Shown here piece by piece: positions 29,054 through 38,251 of a DNA stretch of 64,000 nt. The stretch lies in assembly GCA_937983055.1 (NCBI GenBank), contig CALJLA010000068.1, forward strand, positions 784-64,783, written 5' to 3'. The DNA is from an uncultured Pseudomonadota bacterium (lineage in GTDB: Bacteria; Pseudomonadota; Gammaproteobacteria; Burkholderiales; Eutrophovitaceae). The position numbers and the translations under genes were made by a program. Each line of letters opens with the position of its first letter. The stretch's first letter is position 1. The notes under the pieces were generated by a model that worked only from the letters and a program-made list of their open reading frames with translations, was not told where the DNA came from and made no database searches.

Positions 29054-30853
29054 ATGCCACAACAACACCGACCAGGACGTCGCCAATTCTTGAAAAGTGC
29101 CGGCGCAGCGGGCGTCGTATTGGCCTTTGATGCGTGGATACCCGCCTGGGCGAGAAACACGGCGGTCACGCGATCCGAACCCGCCGATGCGCAATCAGCA
29201 CTGGTCTTCGATCTGGCCATTCGCGAACAGGCGTTCGATATCGCCGGTGGTCGAGGCAATGCCATGACCATCAACGACAGTGTGCCGGGACCGCTACTGG
29301 AATGGTACGAAGGGCGGGACGTGGTGCTGAATGTCACCAATCACATGCGCCACTCCACGTCGATTCATTGGCACGGCATCCTGTTGCCGTTCGAGATGGA
29401 CGGTGTGCCGGGCGTCACCTTTCGCGGCATTGAGCCGGGCACCACGTTCCAGTATCGCTTTCCGGTCAAACAAAGCGGCACGTACTGGTACCACAGTCAT
29501 TCCGGCCTGCAGGAGCAGTCCGGTGTCTATGGCCCGCTGGTCGTACATCCGCAGACTGCGGATCCCATGCATTACGACCGCGACTACGTCGTAATGCTCT
29601 CGGACTGGACGTTCGAGGACCCGCATGACGTAATGGCCAAGCTCAAGAAAATGAGCGACTACTACAACTACCAGCAGTTCACGCTGACGGATTTGTATGG
29701 CAAGCCCCGAATGTCGCGAAGTGAGGCCTGGTCGCAGAAACTCGCCTGGGACCGCATGCGCATGATGCCGACGGACATTGCCGACATCACCGGCGCCACC
29801 TACACCTACCTGATGAACGGGTTGCATCCGGCTGGCAACTGGACTGGCCTTTTCGAGCACGGTGAGCGTGTGCGTCTGCGTTTCATCAATGGTTCGGCGA
29901 TGTCGTACTTCAACGTCCGCATCCCCGGACTGCCAATGACCGTGGTGGCCGCAGACGGCCAGAACGTCAAGCCCGTCGAGACCGATGAGTTTCAGATCGG
30001 GGTTGCCGAGACCTATGACGTCATTGTCGAGCCCGGAACCGACCAAGCTTATACCGTGATGGCGGAGTCCATGGATCGCAGCGGTTATGCCGCCGGCACT
30101 CTGGCGACCCGGCCCGGTCTTCGTGCCCCTGTTCCCCCGCTTCGCGAGCGACCGCTATTGACGATGGTGGACATGGGCATGGACATGGCGGACATGGACG
30201 GCATGGATCACGCCGCGATGGGTGCGATGAACAGCGCCGGCGGGAGTGGGCAGGATTCGAGCCACGGCATGGCCCACGGCGACCATGGCGCCGGCGCCAA
30301 CATGGTCATGCAAGGCTCGACCGGACCGATCATTGCGCGCCACGGACCGGATACCCACGGCCCGGGCAACATCAGTGTCGCCCAGGTGCAGCGCGACCGG
30401 CTCGGCGAACGCGGCACGGGCCTCGCCGAAGTCGAACACCGGGTGCTGGTCTACAACGACCTTAAACGACTGGACGATGACTATGACGATCGGCCACCGG
30501 CACGAGAAATCGAATTGCATCTGACAGGCCACATGGAGCGTTACATGTGGTCCTTCGACGGCAAGCAGTTCCACGAAGTGGACGGACCGATCGAGTTTCA
30601 CTACGGCGAGCGGCTGCGGCTGATCATGGTGAACGACACCATGATGAATCATCCGATTCATCTGCACGGCATGTGGATGGAGCTCGACAACGGGCACGGT
30701 CGGGAGATTCCGCGCAAGCACACCATCAATCTGATGCCGGCGGCTCGGGTCTCGGCCTTGATTACCGCCGATGCGCCGGGCCGTTGGGCGTTTCATTGTC
30801 ATCTGCTCTATCACATGGACATGGGTATGTTCCGTGTGGTCCGCGTCAGCTAG
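29054..30853 (+). CDS. copA: copper-resistance multicopper oxidase CopA/PcoA
   Basis: Tat signal RRQFLKSAGAAG; copper ligand motifs HWHG, HSH, HPIHLHGM and HCHLLYHMDMGM; and a Met/His-rich insert MVDMGMDMADMDGMDH. Confidence 0.9.
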   Translation: MPQQHRPGRRQFLKSAGAAGVVLAFDAWIPAWARNTAVTRSEPADAQSALVFDLAIREQAFDIAGGRGNAMTINDSVPGPLLEWYEGRDVVLNVTNHMRHSTSIHWHGILLPFEMDGVPGVTFRGIEPGTTFQYRFPVKQSGTYWYHSHSGLQEQSGVYGPLVVHPQTADPMHYDRDYVVMLSDWTFEDPHDVMAKLKKMSDYYNYQQFTLTDLYGKPRMSRSEAWSQKLAWDRMRMMPTDIADITGATYTYLMNGLHPAGNWTGLFEHGERVRLRFINGSAMSYFNVRIPGLPMTVVAADGQNVKPVETDEFQIGVAETYDVIVEPGTDQAYTVMAESMDRSGYAAGTLATRPGLRAPVPPLRERPLLTMVDMGMDMADMDGMDHAAMGAMNSAGGSGQDSSHGMAHGDHGAGANMVMQGSTGPIIARHGPDTHGPGNISVAQVQRDRLGERGTGLAEVEHRVLVYNDLKRLDDDYDDRPPAREIELHLTGHMERYMWSFDGKQFHEVDGPIEFHYGERLRLIMVNDTMMNHPIHLHGMWMELDNGHGREIPRKHTINLMPAARVSALITADAPGRWAFHCHLLYHMDMGMFRVVRVS

Positions 30854-30863
30854 GGAGGCCATC

Positions 30864-31604
30864 ATGAGACGACGACATCTATTGGCCGCCGCAGCGCTCC
30901 TCGCGAGCCCATGGGCGTGGGGCTACGAACCGGCCGGCACGCCCGAGGACTGGCCCAATCCGATTCCGGACCAGAAACCCTTCTGGATGGTCTTGAGCGA
31001 TCGTCTCGAGACGCGCTTTGCCGACGAGGTCGATACCTACGTCTGGGACTTGCAGGGGTGGTACGGCGGCGATTTCAATCGCCTGTGGATCAAGACCGAG
31101 GGCGAGGGTGAACAAGGCAAGTCGCCGGAAAGTGCTGAGCTGCAGGCACTCTTCAGCCGGCGATTCGCCCCGTTCTGGGACTGGCAGCTCGGCGTGCGTC
31201 ACGATTTCGAGCCGAATCCGTTCCGCAGCCATCTGGTACTCGGCCTACAGGGCGTCGTGCCCTACGAATTCGAATGGGACAGCGCGTTGTTCGTCAGCGA
31301 CGAAGGCGATGTCACGGCGCGCATTGAGGCAGAGTACGACCTCAGGATCACGCAGCGCCTGATCGTGCAGCCGCGCCTCGAACTGAATGCGGCGGGCTCC
31401 GACATTCCCGAACTGGGGCTCGGCAGCGGTCTCAACAGCACGGAGCTGGGTATTCGGTTGCGCTATGAGTTCAAGCGCGAATTCGCACCCTACATCGGTG
31501 TGTCCTGGGAAAAACTCTACGGCGATACCGCCGATTTCTCGCGACTCGACGGCGAACCGACGTCGGTGACGTCGCTGGTCATCGGCATTCGCGCTTGGTT
31601 TTAG
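30864..31604 (+). CDS. copB: copper-resistance protein B (outer membrane) CopB/PcoB
   Basis: Signal peptide, the REFAPYIGVSWEKLYGDTAD motif of the CopB family, and a C-terminal aromatic residue (AWF). Confidence 0.85.
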   Translation: MRRRHLLAAAALLASPWAWGYEPAGTPEDWPNPIPDQKPFWMVLSDRLETRFADEVDTYVWDLQGWYGGDFNRLWIKTEGEGEQGKSPESAELQALFSRRFAPFWDWQLGVRHDFEPNPFRSHLVLGLQGVVPYEFEWDSALFVSDEGDVTARIEAEYDLRITQRLIVQPRLELNAAGSDIPELGLGSGLNSTELGIRLRYEFKREFAPYIGVSWEKLYGDTADFSRLDGEPTSVTSLVIGIRAWF

Positions 31605-31645
31605 TACATTGACACAGAGGGAGGCACAAGGAGAGGAGATCCAAA

Positions 31646-31720
31646 ATGCGTGAATACTTGGCCCAAGCCCGATATGTTGCGACGATGATCACCGGAAACT
31701 ACCGCGGCGGACCGCCATGA
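31646..31720 (+). CDS. candidate 24-aa upstream small ORF
   Basis: GGAGAGGAG RBS 6 nt upstream. The peptide is MREYLAQARYVATMITGNYRGGPP. ATGA overlap with the next small ORF. Confidence 0.2.
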   Translation: MREYLAQARYVATMITGNYRGGPP

Positions 31721-31842
31721 GTCCCCTCGCGCAATACGCTATCTTGTTCGGGTTGATGCTCAGTACTGTCGGACTGGTGGTTCCCTGGGCTAAGTATCGG
31801 CGGCAAAGCACCCTCGCTCTCCGACAATCAATACGCCACTAG
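31717..31842 (+). CDS. candidate 41-aa single-TM small protein
   Basis: MSPLAQYAILFGLMLSTVGLVVPWAKYRRQSTLALRQSIRH, with one hydrophobic helix and a basic tail. It is coupled to the preceding small ORF. Confidence 0.3.
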   Translation: MSPLAQYAILFGLMLSTVGLVVPWAKYRRQSTLALRQSIRH

Positions 31843-31890
31843 CGTGGCATAAGGCGCAGAGCGCACGACGAACAGTAAAGTATCAATCGC

Positions 31891-33222
31891 ATGAGCAGTA
31901 CATACGAATCGGGGAGCCTTAGCCTGACCGCCACGGTAGCCATGGGCACTGGGGTCATGATCGGCGCCGGAATTTTCGCACTCACCGGACAGGTCGCCGA
32001 GTATGCCGGCGATCTGTTTCCATTGGCCTTTCTGCTCGCCGCGATCATCAGCGGCTTCAGTGCCTACACCTATATAAGAGTCACGAGCAAATACCCGTCT
32101 GCCGGCGGGATCGCGATGATCCTTGAGAAGGCCTACGGCAATACCATGATGACCGGCGCCTGTGCGCTGTTGATGGCCTTCTCGATGATCATCAACGAAA
32201 GCCTGGTGGCGCGAACCTTCGGCACTTACACTCTGCAATTGTTCAGAGTGGACAACCCCGCCTGGCAGGTGCCGGTGCTTGCCGTCGGCCTGATCGTGCT
32301 CGCTTTTCTGGTCAACATCGCCGGCAACAAGCTGATCGGTGCCATTTCGAAGATCACCGCGGCGATCAAGATTTTCGGGATTCTAGGGTTTGCGCTTGCA
32401 GCGCTATGGGCGGCAGGCTGGTCATTCCAGCCGGCCGCGGGTGGGCTGGCCGATAATACGTCCGCTACCGGCTTTCTGGCCGGCGTGGCGCTCGCCATTC
32501 TGGCTTACAAAGGCTTCACGACGATCACGAACAGTGGCGGCGAGGTGGAGAATCCGCACAAGAACGTGGGGCGGGCGATCATGATCTCGCTCGTCATTTG
32601 TGTCGTGGTGTACATGCTGGTGGCACTCGGTGTCGGCTCTACTTTGACCGTCGATCAAATCGTGAAGGCCAAGGATTACTCCCTGGCAGAAGCATCCCGG
32701 CCGGCGCTCGGCGATTACGGTGTCTGGTTTACCGTCGCCATCGCCATTGTGGCGACCTCATCCGGCGTGCTGGCAAGCATTTTCGCCGTGTCCCGAATGC
32801 TTGCCATGTTGACGGACATGAACATCATTCCGCACCGCCACTTCGGCATGCCCGGGGATATTCAGAAGCATACGCTGGTTTACACGGTGGTGACTGCAGC
32901 GTTTCTGGCGGCGTTTTTCGATCTAAGTCGCATCGCCTCGCTGGGTGCGATCTTCTATCTGGTCATGGACATTGCCATTCACTGGGGGGTCTTGCGACAT
33001 CTGCGTGAGGATGTGCAAGCGAAGGCTTGGGTGCTCATGTCCGCCATTGCAATGGACGCGGCGGCGCTGGTTGCATTCTTGATCATCAAAGGCGCCGCCG
33101 ACCCGATGATCGTGGTGATTGCCGTTGCCGCGATTGCGGCGATATTTGTCTTTGAGAGGTTCTACCTGGCGCGGCGCCGCAGCGTCGAGCCGGCGCACGA
33201 GACCGGCGCGCATGGTCACTGA
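31891..33222 (+). CDS. APC-superfamily amino acid permease, paralog A
   Basis: 443-aa polytopic ORF with the GTGVMIGAGIFALTGQ motif. It is highly similar to 44308-45612. Confidence 0.85.
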   Translation: MSSTYESGSLSLTATVAMGTGVMIGAGIFALTGQVAEYAGDLFPLAFLLAAIISGFSAYTYIRVTSKYPSAGGIAMILEKAYGNTMMTGACALLMAFSMIINESLVARTFGTYTLQLFRVDNPAWQVPVLAVGLIVLAFLVNIAGNKLIGAISKITAAIKIFGILGFALAALWAAGWSFQPAAGGLADNTSATGFLAGVALAILAYKGFTTITNSGGEVENPHKNVGRAIMISLVICVVVYMLVALGVGSTLTVDQIVKAKDYSLAEASRPALGDYGVWFTVAIAIVATSSGVLASIFAVSRMLAMLTDMNIIPHRHFGMPGDIQKHTLVYTVVTAAFLAAFFDLSRIASLGAIFYLVMDIAIHWGVLRHLREDVQAKAWVLMSAIAMDAAALVAFLIIKGAADPMIVVIAVAAIAAIFVFERFYLARRRSVEPAHETGAHGH

Positions 33223-33331
33223 CTCCGTCCTGTACAACGCAGCAGACACGTTGAGTCGTCGGAAGAGAACGCTGCGATTGCGCGCAACCGGCACATGAAC
33301 AGCCTGCACCGTCGTGGTTATCGCGTTGCCA

Positions 33332-34036
33332 TTAGCGTTTGTTCGTTAGCCACTGACGGTACAACGGCGGCAGAACGGTCAAGTGGTCTTCCACCGCAGC
33401 AACACCGGCGACCGATTCCGTCGCGATACGAATTTCGTCTTTCTGCGCCTCGGAAAGCGCCGTCCCCCACAGATGGACAACGCGATCGGAAACCGTCGCG
33501 TTCAGTGAGGCCAGCCCTACCCCCGCTTCGTTGCGCAGCCGGTTCAATACGGCCGCACGAAGTTCGCGATCGTCCTCGCTGGGCGGTGACGTCGGATCTG
33601 CAGACGCCAAGCCATGCAGCAAATTCGCGCGGCTCACAATGCCAACAACGCTGGAATGACGGAGGACCGGTACCCGCTTGATACGGTGTGCCTCCAGCAG
33701 ATTGGCGATGTCCGCCACGCTGGTGTCTTCTTCCACCGTCACCACCGATCGTGTCATGACGTCCTTGGCAAGATGACCGTGCGATTTCACATAGTCGGTT
33801 GCGCGCTCATCCGCATCGCCCAACGCCGCAAGCCACCAGGGCAGTGCCCGGTCGGTCTGCGTTTCAACACGACGCACGAGATCCCCCTCGCTCACGATCC
33901 CGACGAGGCGTTCCTTCGCATCGACGACAGGCACGGCGCTGATGCGCCACTTTAGCAAGGTGGTTGCGATTTCGGGCACCGTAGTGTCTTCGCTGACTGA
34001 AATCACGTTGGGCGTCATGACATCTTGCGCTTTCAC
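33332..34036 (-). CDS. CBS-pair + BON domain protein
   Basis: Two CBS repeats (DVMTPNVISV..., DVMTRSVVTV...) and a C-terminal BON-like segment (VSDRVVHLWGTALSEAQKDE). Confidence 0.8.
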   Translation of the reverse strand: MKAQDVMTPNVISVSEDTTVPEIATTLLKWRISAVPVVDAKERLVGIVSEGDLVRRVETQTDRALPWWLAALGDADERATDYVKSHGHLAKDVMTRSVVTVEEDTSVADIANLLEAHRIKRVPVLRHSSVVGIVSRANLLHGLASADPTSPPSEDDRELRAAVLNRLRNEAGVGLASLNATVSDRVVHLWGTALSEAQKDEIRIATESVAGVAAVEDHLTVLPPLYRQWLTNKR

Positions 34037-34126
34037 TGCATCCTCCTTGGGGGTCCACCGTTTTTTCCTGGCGGAGAGTTCGCTTTGGCTGTAACTTCTT
34101 ATGGCCTGGTTAGAGCCGGCCAGTGA

Positions 34127-34552
34127 TCAATGTCGGGACTCTTCGGGCCACGCCGCGATCAATTTCGCAATGCCACGGCCTGTGGGCGCCCCTCGCGGCA
34201 ACGATTCCCATTCGTGAATGAAGCGCGTTAAGCGGTGCTCAACCCGTTTCAGCGCTCTTATTCTTTTTCGCAATGCGCCAAGACGTGCTTGAAACAACGC
34301 AACGATCTCCGGATGTGATACGCGAGATTTGTGTGCAGCCCTGATTATCGTCTGCACATCATTGATGGACATCCCCAGCGCGCGGGCGTCGCGGATGAAC
34401 AGCAGTTGGGTATAGTCCTCCTCGTTGAACAGTCTGTACGAGGATCGATGATCGCGAGTCGGCGTCAGAAGTCCCAATCGTGTGTAGTAGCGGACGGTTT
34501 CCGGTGAGACGTCCGCTCGTCGCGCAATATCGATGACGCGCATGTCGGTCAA
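34127..34552 (-). CDS. MerR-family regulator without cysteines
   Basis: IDIARRADVSPETVRYYTRLGLL HTH. The protein contains no Cys at all. Confidence 0.8.
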   Translation of the reverse strand: MTDMRVIDIARRADVSPETVRYYTRLGLLTPTRDHRSSYRLFNEEDYTQLLFIRDARALGMSINDVQTIIRAAHKSRVSHPEIVALFQARLGALRKRIRALKRVEHRLTRFIHEWESLPRGAPTGRGIAKLIAAWPEESRH

Positions 34553-34575
34553 TCCTGTGTCGGCATCCTTTACGC

Positions 34576-34607
34576 ATCTTAAAAGGTATGTGCTGCATAT
34601 AGGTCAA
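34576..34607 (-). promoter_or_regulatory. candidate MerR-type promoter (TTGACC-N20-TAAGAT) with TATATGC-A-GCACATA dyad
   Basis: The reverse complement reads TTGACCTATATGCAGCACATACCTTTTAAGAT, about 24 bp upstream of the MerR start. Confidence 0.35.
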
Positions 34608-34641
34608 TCATTGTCCAGGACATCACGCGGCTAGGCAGCGC

Positions 34642-35445
34642 CTAGGGTTGATCGTCAACGATGACGACGGACTTCGGCCGGTCGGTCGAAAACAGCGCCG
34701 ACGGCGCAAAACCGAACATGCGGCGAAACGCGTGACTCATATGCGCAGAATCCGAGAATCATGCGGCATGAGCCGCCTCGGTCAGACTGGAACCCTTGAG
34801 CGCGTCTTCTATGACGGCCCGCAATCGCGACCAAACGATGAAACGGCGAACCGGTACACCCAAATCGCGCTTGAACAAGTGGCGCAAGCGGCTGGGTGAC
34901 AGACTGACAAGGTCCGCAAGCTCTTGACCGGTGTAGGTCCGATGGGGTTGGCTGCGAATCCGTTCGACCACGGTTTGGATGCGGGCATCCGTGAGGATCG
35001 ATTGGTGATGTGTGCTGAGGCGGAGTGCCGATGCGCATACCGACCACGCGCGGTCAGCATCGACTTGACGATCTATCAGCGACCGGAGCGTGTCACATGC
35101 ACTGGTGGTCAACGAGAGGGGCTGCACCGTGTGCGCCGCGTCCTTCAGTGGATAGTCGTCGCTTTCAGGTTCCCAATACAACGCCAGAATACGTGCGCTG
35201 CCGGAGTCGAGTTGGTGCGGATGGTCCGGCGGGATAAGGACGCCCAAACCGGTTGACCAGCGCGAATGCGAATCGGTACGGTAACGAAGCGGTTCACCCA
35301 ACGAGACGCACAGTTGCGCCGCGTGATGACTGTGTACATCGTTGTCCGGACTCAACCCTAGATAAAGGGCACGGTGAGACCACAGGTAGAGACGAAAGGC
35401 GGGCGGGGCTGTCATCGTGCGCGCAGCCTTGCCTGCGACAGACAC
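34642..35445 (-). pseudogene. AraC-family regulator interrupted by one in-frame TGA in the second HTH
   Basis: The ORF stops at ...LTEAAHAA(TGA). The same frame then continues FSDSAHMSHAFRRMFGFAPSALF... to TAG at 34642-34644. The stop sits where AraC proteins carry the conserved Gly of GFxDxSHF. Confidence 0.7.
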
Positions 35446-35518
35446 CGCTATTCACCGGCTGCCGTCAAGCTCGAGGACGTCACCACAATGTGATCAAGAC
35501 CGGTCAACACGGCCCCCG

Positions 35519-36772
35519 TCAGTCAAATAACGCGATTGGAAAGGCCGCCGTGTTGACGGTAGAGTCATCCTCCGAGGTGTCGGTCCAGGCGAACACGAGA
35601 CGATCACCGTGGCGCACCATTTGTGGAAACCCCGACGGCCGTGCGGCGCTGGTTTCAGCGATCACTTGCAGATCACCCAGGTCGCCGTCGCGGGATATTG
35701 ACCGCGCGACCACCTCGCCTTGACCACGCGCGTCTTTGCGCAGCCAGCTGACCACGGCCTGGTTATCGGCTAGGAACTCAACGTCCACGCGCCCAATGGG
35801 CTGCTCGACATCGAGATCGATGGGCGCGGAGAAGGTGGCCCCACCGTCCGTTGAACGGGCCATACGTACTTGAGCGGCGTTGTTGGCGGCGGTAAACCAC
35901 GCAACGGCCACCGCGTCCCCGTTAGCGGTAATCGCCGGCCCGTTGACCGGACAACCGCTGATATCCCAGCCATCGTCGGCCACGGGCATGCCGGTTTGCC
36001 AGCTCCCGTCGACGTACCGCGCGACATAGATATCGCGGATTTCGTCCTGGGTCCGATTCCGGTAGACGGTGACCGGCCCGTCTGCGGTCATGGCTATGTC
36101 CGTTTGGCAGCAGTCGCACACCAGTTCATCGATCAGTTGGGGCTGAGTGACCACGGCAGCCGGTGTGATCAGGGCAGAGCGCAAGGTCATTCCGCCTGCC
36201 TGGGTGCCGTGGCCACCTTCGGTCATGTTGCGCCCGTCCAGCCAGATCGCACCGACGCCGTCCTCCCAGGGGAAAAGGCTCACGAAACCGTGCTCGGTGG
36301 CGGTGTCATCATCATGAGGCGTGATGGATTGATTCCAGGACCGACCCCCATCGTTGGAGAGGGCAACGGCGACATCGTACGCGTAGCTGCCACCGGGTCG
36401 CTTGACCAGCCAGTGGGCTGCCCAGAAATCGCGTGAAACGGGCGTCACGGACGGAAAGTCGGCCCAATTGACGAACCAGTTCGCGCCTTGTGCCACCGTC
36501 CGGGCAGGACCCCATTGATCATCGGCGAGGATGGAATAGCGTAGTGCATGCTCGTCCCCCTCGGGTTCCAGCCAGCTCAGGACCAAGGTGTTGGCATCGG
36601 GGCTGTGCGCGAGGTGCGGTTCTGCGCTGCCGGGACCGGCCGGCGATGCGATGACCGTGACGGCCGGCGGTTCGCTGCAAGCGGTCAACGTATGGGCGGT
36701 AACAAGCAACCCAAGCATTAGGCTCCAGGTAGGTTGGCAGTCTGCCTGGGCCAGGGGTCTGTTTTTTCTCAT
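35519..36772 (-). CDS. BNR/Asp-box repeat (exo-alpha-sialidase-like) lipoprotein
   Basis: Lipobox LTAC and Asp-boxes SNDGGRSW and STDGGATF. Confidence 0.7.
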   Translation of the reverse strand: MRKNRPLAQADCQPTWSLMLGLLVTAHTLTACSEPPAVTVIASPAGPGSAEPHLAHSPDANTLVLSWLEPEGDEHALRYSILADDQWGPARTVAQGANWFVNWADFPSVTPVSRDFWAAHWLVKRPGGSYAYDVAVALSNDGGRSWNQSITPHDDDTATEHGFVSLFPWEDGVGAIWLDGRNMTEGGHGTQAGGMTLRSALITPAAVVTQPQLIDELVCDCCQTDIAMTADGPVTVYRNRTQDEIRDIYVARYVDGSWQTGMPVADDGWDISGCPVNGPAITANGDAVAVAWFTAANNAAQVRMARSTDGGATFSAPIDLDVEQPIGRVDVEFLADNQAVVSWLRKDARGQGEVVARSISRDGDLGDLQVIAETSAARPSGFPQMVRHGDRLVFAWTDTSEDDSTVNTAAFPIALFD

Positions 36773-37085
36773 AAGGGTCTGGCTCTAAGGACTGGGATCG
36801 CGGTCATTTAGCAGGATCACGTCCAGCATACAAGACATTAGCGACGGCGTGGGGCGCTCAGCGTCGCGCGGTTCTTCAGACTCGACGAGGCGGAGGTTGC
36901 TGCAGCAGTGGCGAACTGACGTCACCTGGCCCGTGTTCACCGGTACCCCGCCGGCGAGATTGCCCGTATGGCGAGCGTGTTCGAGCACGACGACATTGAA
37001 CTCGGGACCAGTGCGTTACTCCCAGAACGGTCGGCGCGGTTCAGTATTGCATGGGTCGGCACCAGTTGTCGGGTTATGCCAAAGT

Positions 37086-37117
37086 TTGACCTTGATGCGG
37101 GGTACAGGTTGTAGGCT
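37086..37117 (+). promoter_or_regulatory. MerR-type promoter (TTGACC-N20-TAGGCT)
   Basis: TTGACCTTGATGCGGGGTACAGGTTGTAGGCT. About 297 nt of leader lie before the cytochrome c ATG. Confidence 0.55.
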
Positions 37118-37414
37118 GCCGCAAAAGGGTTCCTGGCTTGAAATCGACGAATCCACCCATCGACGACTGACACGCAGCGATCGATCGTCGTGCCAGCCGG
37201 GACGGACCAGGTAATCGGGCCACAGTATGATGGCACCTGGACAACCTGGAATCAGCTGGCGCCGCCCGGACGTGAATGACATGCGGGTGTCGTGCCCATT
37301 GGCACTAGTGACACGCAGCCCGCACAAACGAGGGTGTTCTCGCGGGCGGTTTGTGGTGCGGGGTGGAGGTCCCATGATCACGAATACAGCAGAACAACAA
37401 CCGCGGAGAAGTCA

Positions 37415-38125
37415 ATGAAACTACTGATGACACTACTTGGTGTGATCGTGCTCATCGCCGTCGGAGCCATAGGGTTCGCGCATTCCGGCATCTATGATGT
37501 CAGCGCCAGCGCGTCTCACAGTGGTCCTGTTAGCTGGCTGCTATCGACGACGTCACATGCCTCTATTAAACGACGCGCCGGCGCAGTGGACGTTCCGGAT
37601 TTGACTGACGAATCACTCGTGCGCGCTGGCGTGAACGACTTTGATACGATGTGTGCGGGCTGTCATGGCGCCCCCGGTCGGGTACCCGAGGCGGTGGGTC
37701 AGGGTCTCAATCCACCGGCACCGGATCTAGCCGAATCCGCGGCGCATATGAGTTCCGCAGAGCTTTTCTGGGTCACAAAGCACGGCATCAAGATGACCGG
37801 CATGCCTGCTTGGGGGGCGACACACGACGATGACGCCTTGTGGCCGGTGGTCGCCTTCATGAGCTCACTTCCCGATCTTGACGCCGAAGGCTATCAGGCG
37901 CTCCTCGCCAGTGCGCAAGGGATGGGGCACCATGCGGCAGACGACAACGGCCCACATGCCCACGGTGAGAATGACTCCGTATCGCCGGCGGATGAGCACG
38001 ACCATGGGGGTTCAACCACCGAGCACAACCCCACCAGCGACGGTCACGACGATCACACCCACGACGAACCAATGGCTGATCAGACAGAGCCTCCAGATGA
38101 TGACGGACACGACCATGAGCACTGA
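37415..38125 (+). CDS. membrane-anchored mono-haem c-type cytochrome with His/Asp-rich tail, paralog A
   Basis: N-terminal TM segment, CAGCH haem motif, a GMPAWG Met-ligand region, and a tail ending GHDHEH. Confidence 0.75.
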   Translation: MKLLMTLLGVIVLIAVGAIGFAHSGIYDVSASASHSGPVSWLLSTTSHASIKRRAGAVDVPDLTDESLVRAGVNDFDTMCAGCHGAPGRVPEAVGQGLNPPAPDLAESAAHMSSAELFWVTKHGIKMTGMPAWGATHDDDALWPVVAFMSSLPDLDAEGYQALLASAQGMGHHAADDNGPHAHGENDSVSPADEHDHGGSTTEHNPTSDGHDDHTHDEPMADQTEPPDDDGHDHEH

Positions 38126-38251
38126 CCGCCGGTTTGTGCCAAGCGGCTGGGCAATCTGACGCCGCCCGGTACCCGCCCGGTCCGCTCAAGACACAAAGCT
38201 TGATCGTGAAAGGCGCGCCGTTTCGATGACTTGTACAGCGAGAGGAAAAAG

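Noticed and set aside
34759-34761. The in-frame TGA in the AraC gene read as selenocysteine or programmed read-through.
   Set aside because: The codon replaces a structurally conserved Gly in an HTH, I noticed no SECIS-like hairpin immediately downstream, and no sel genes are present. A nonsense mutation or sequencing error is far more likely.
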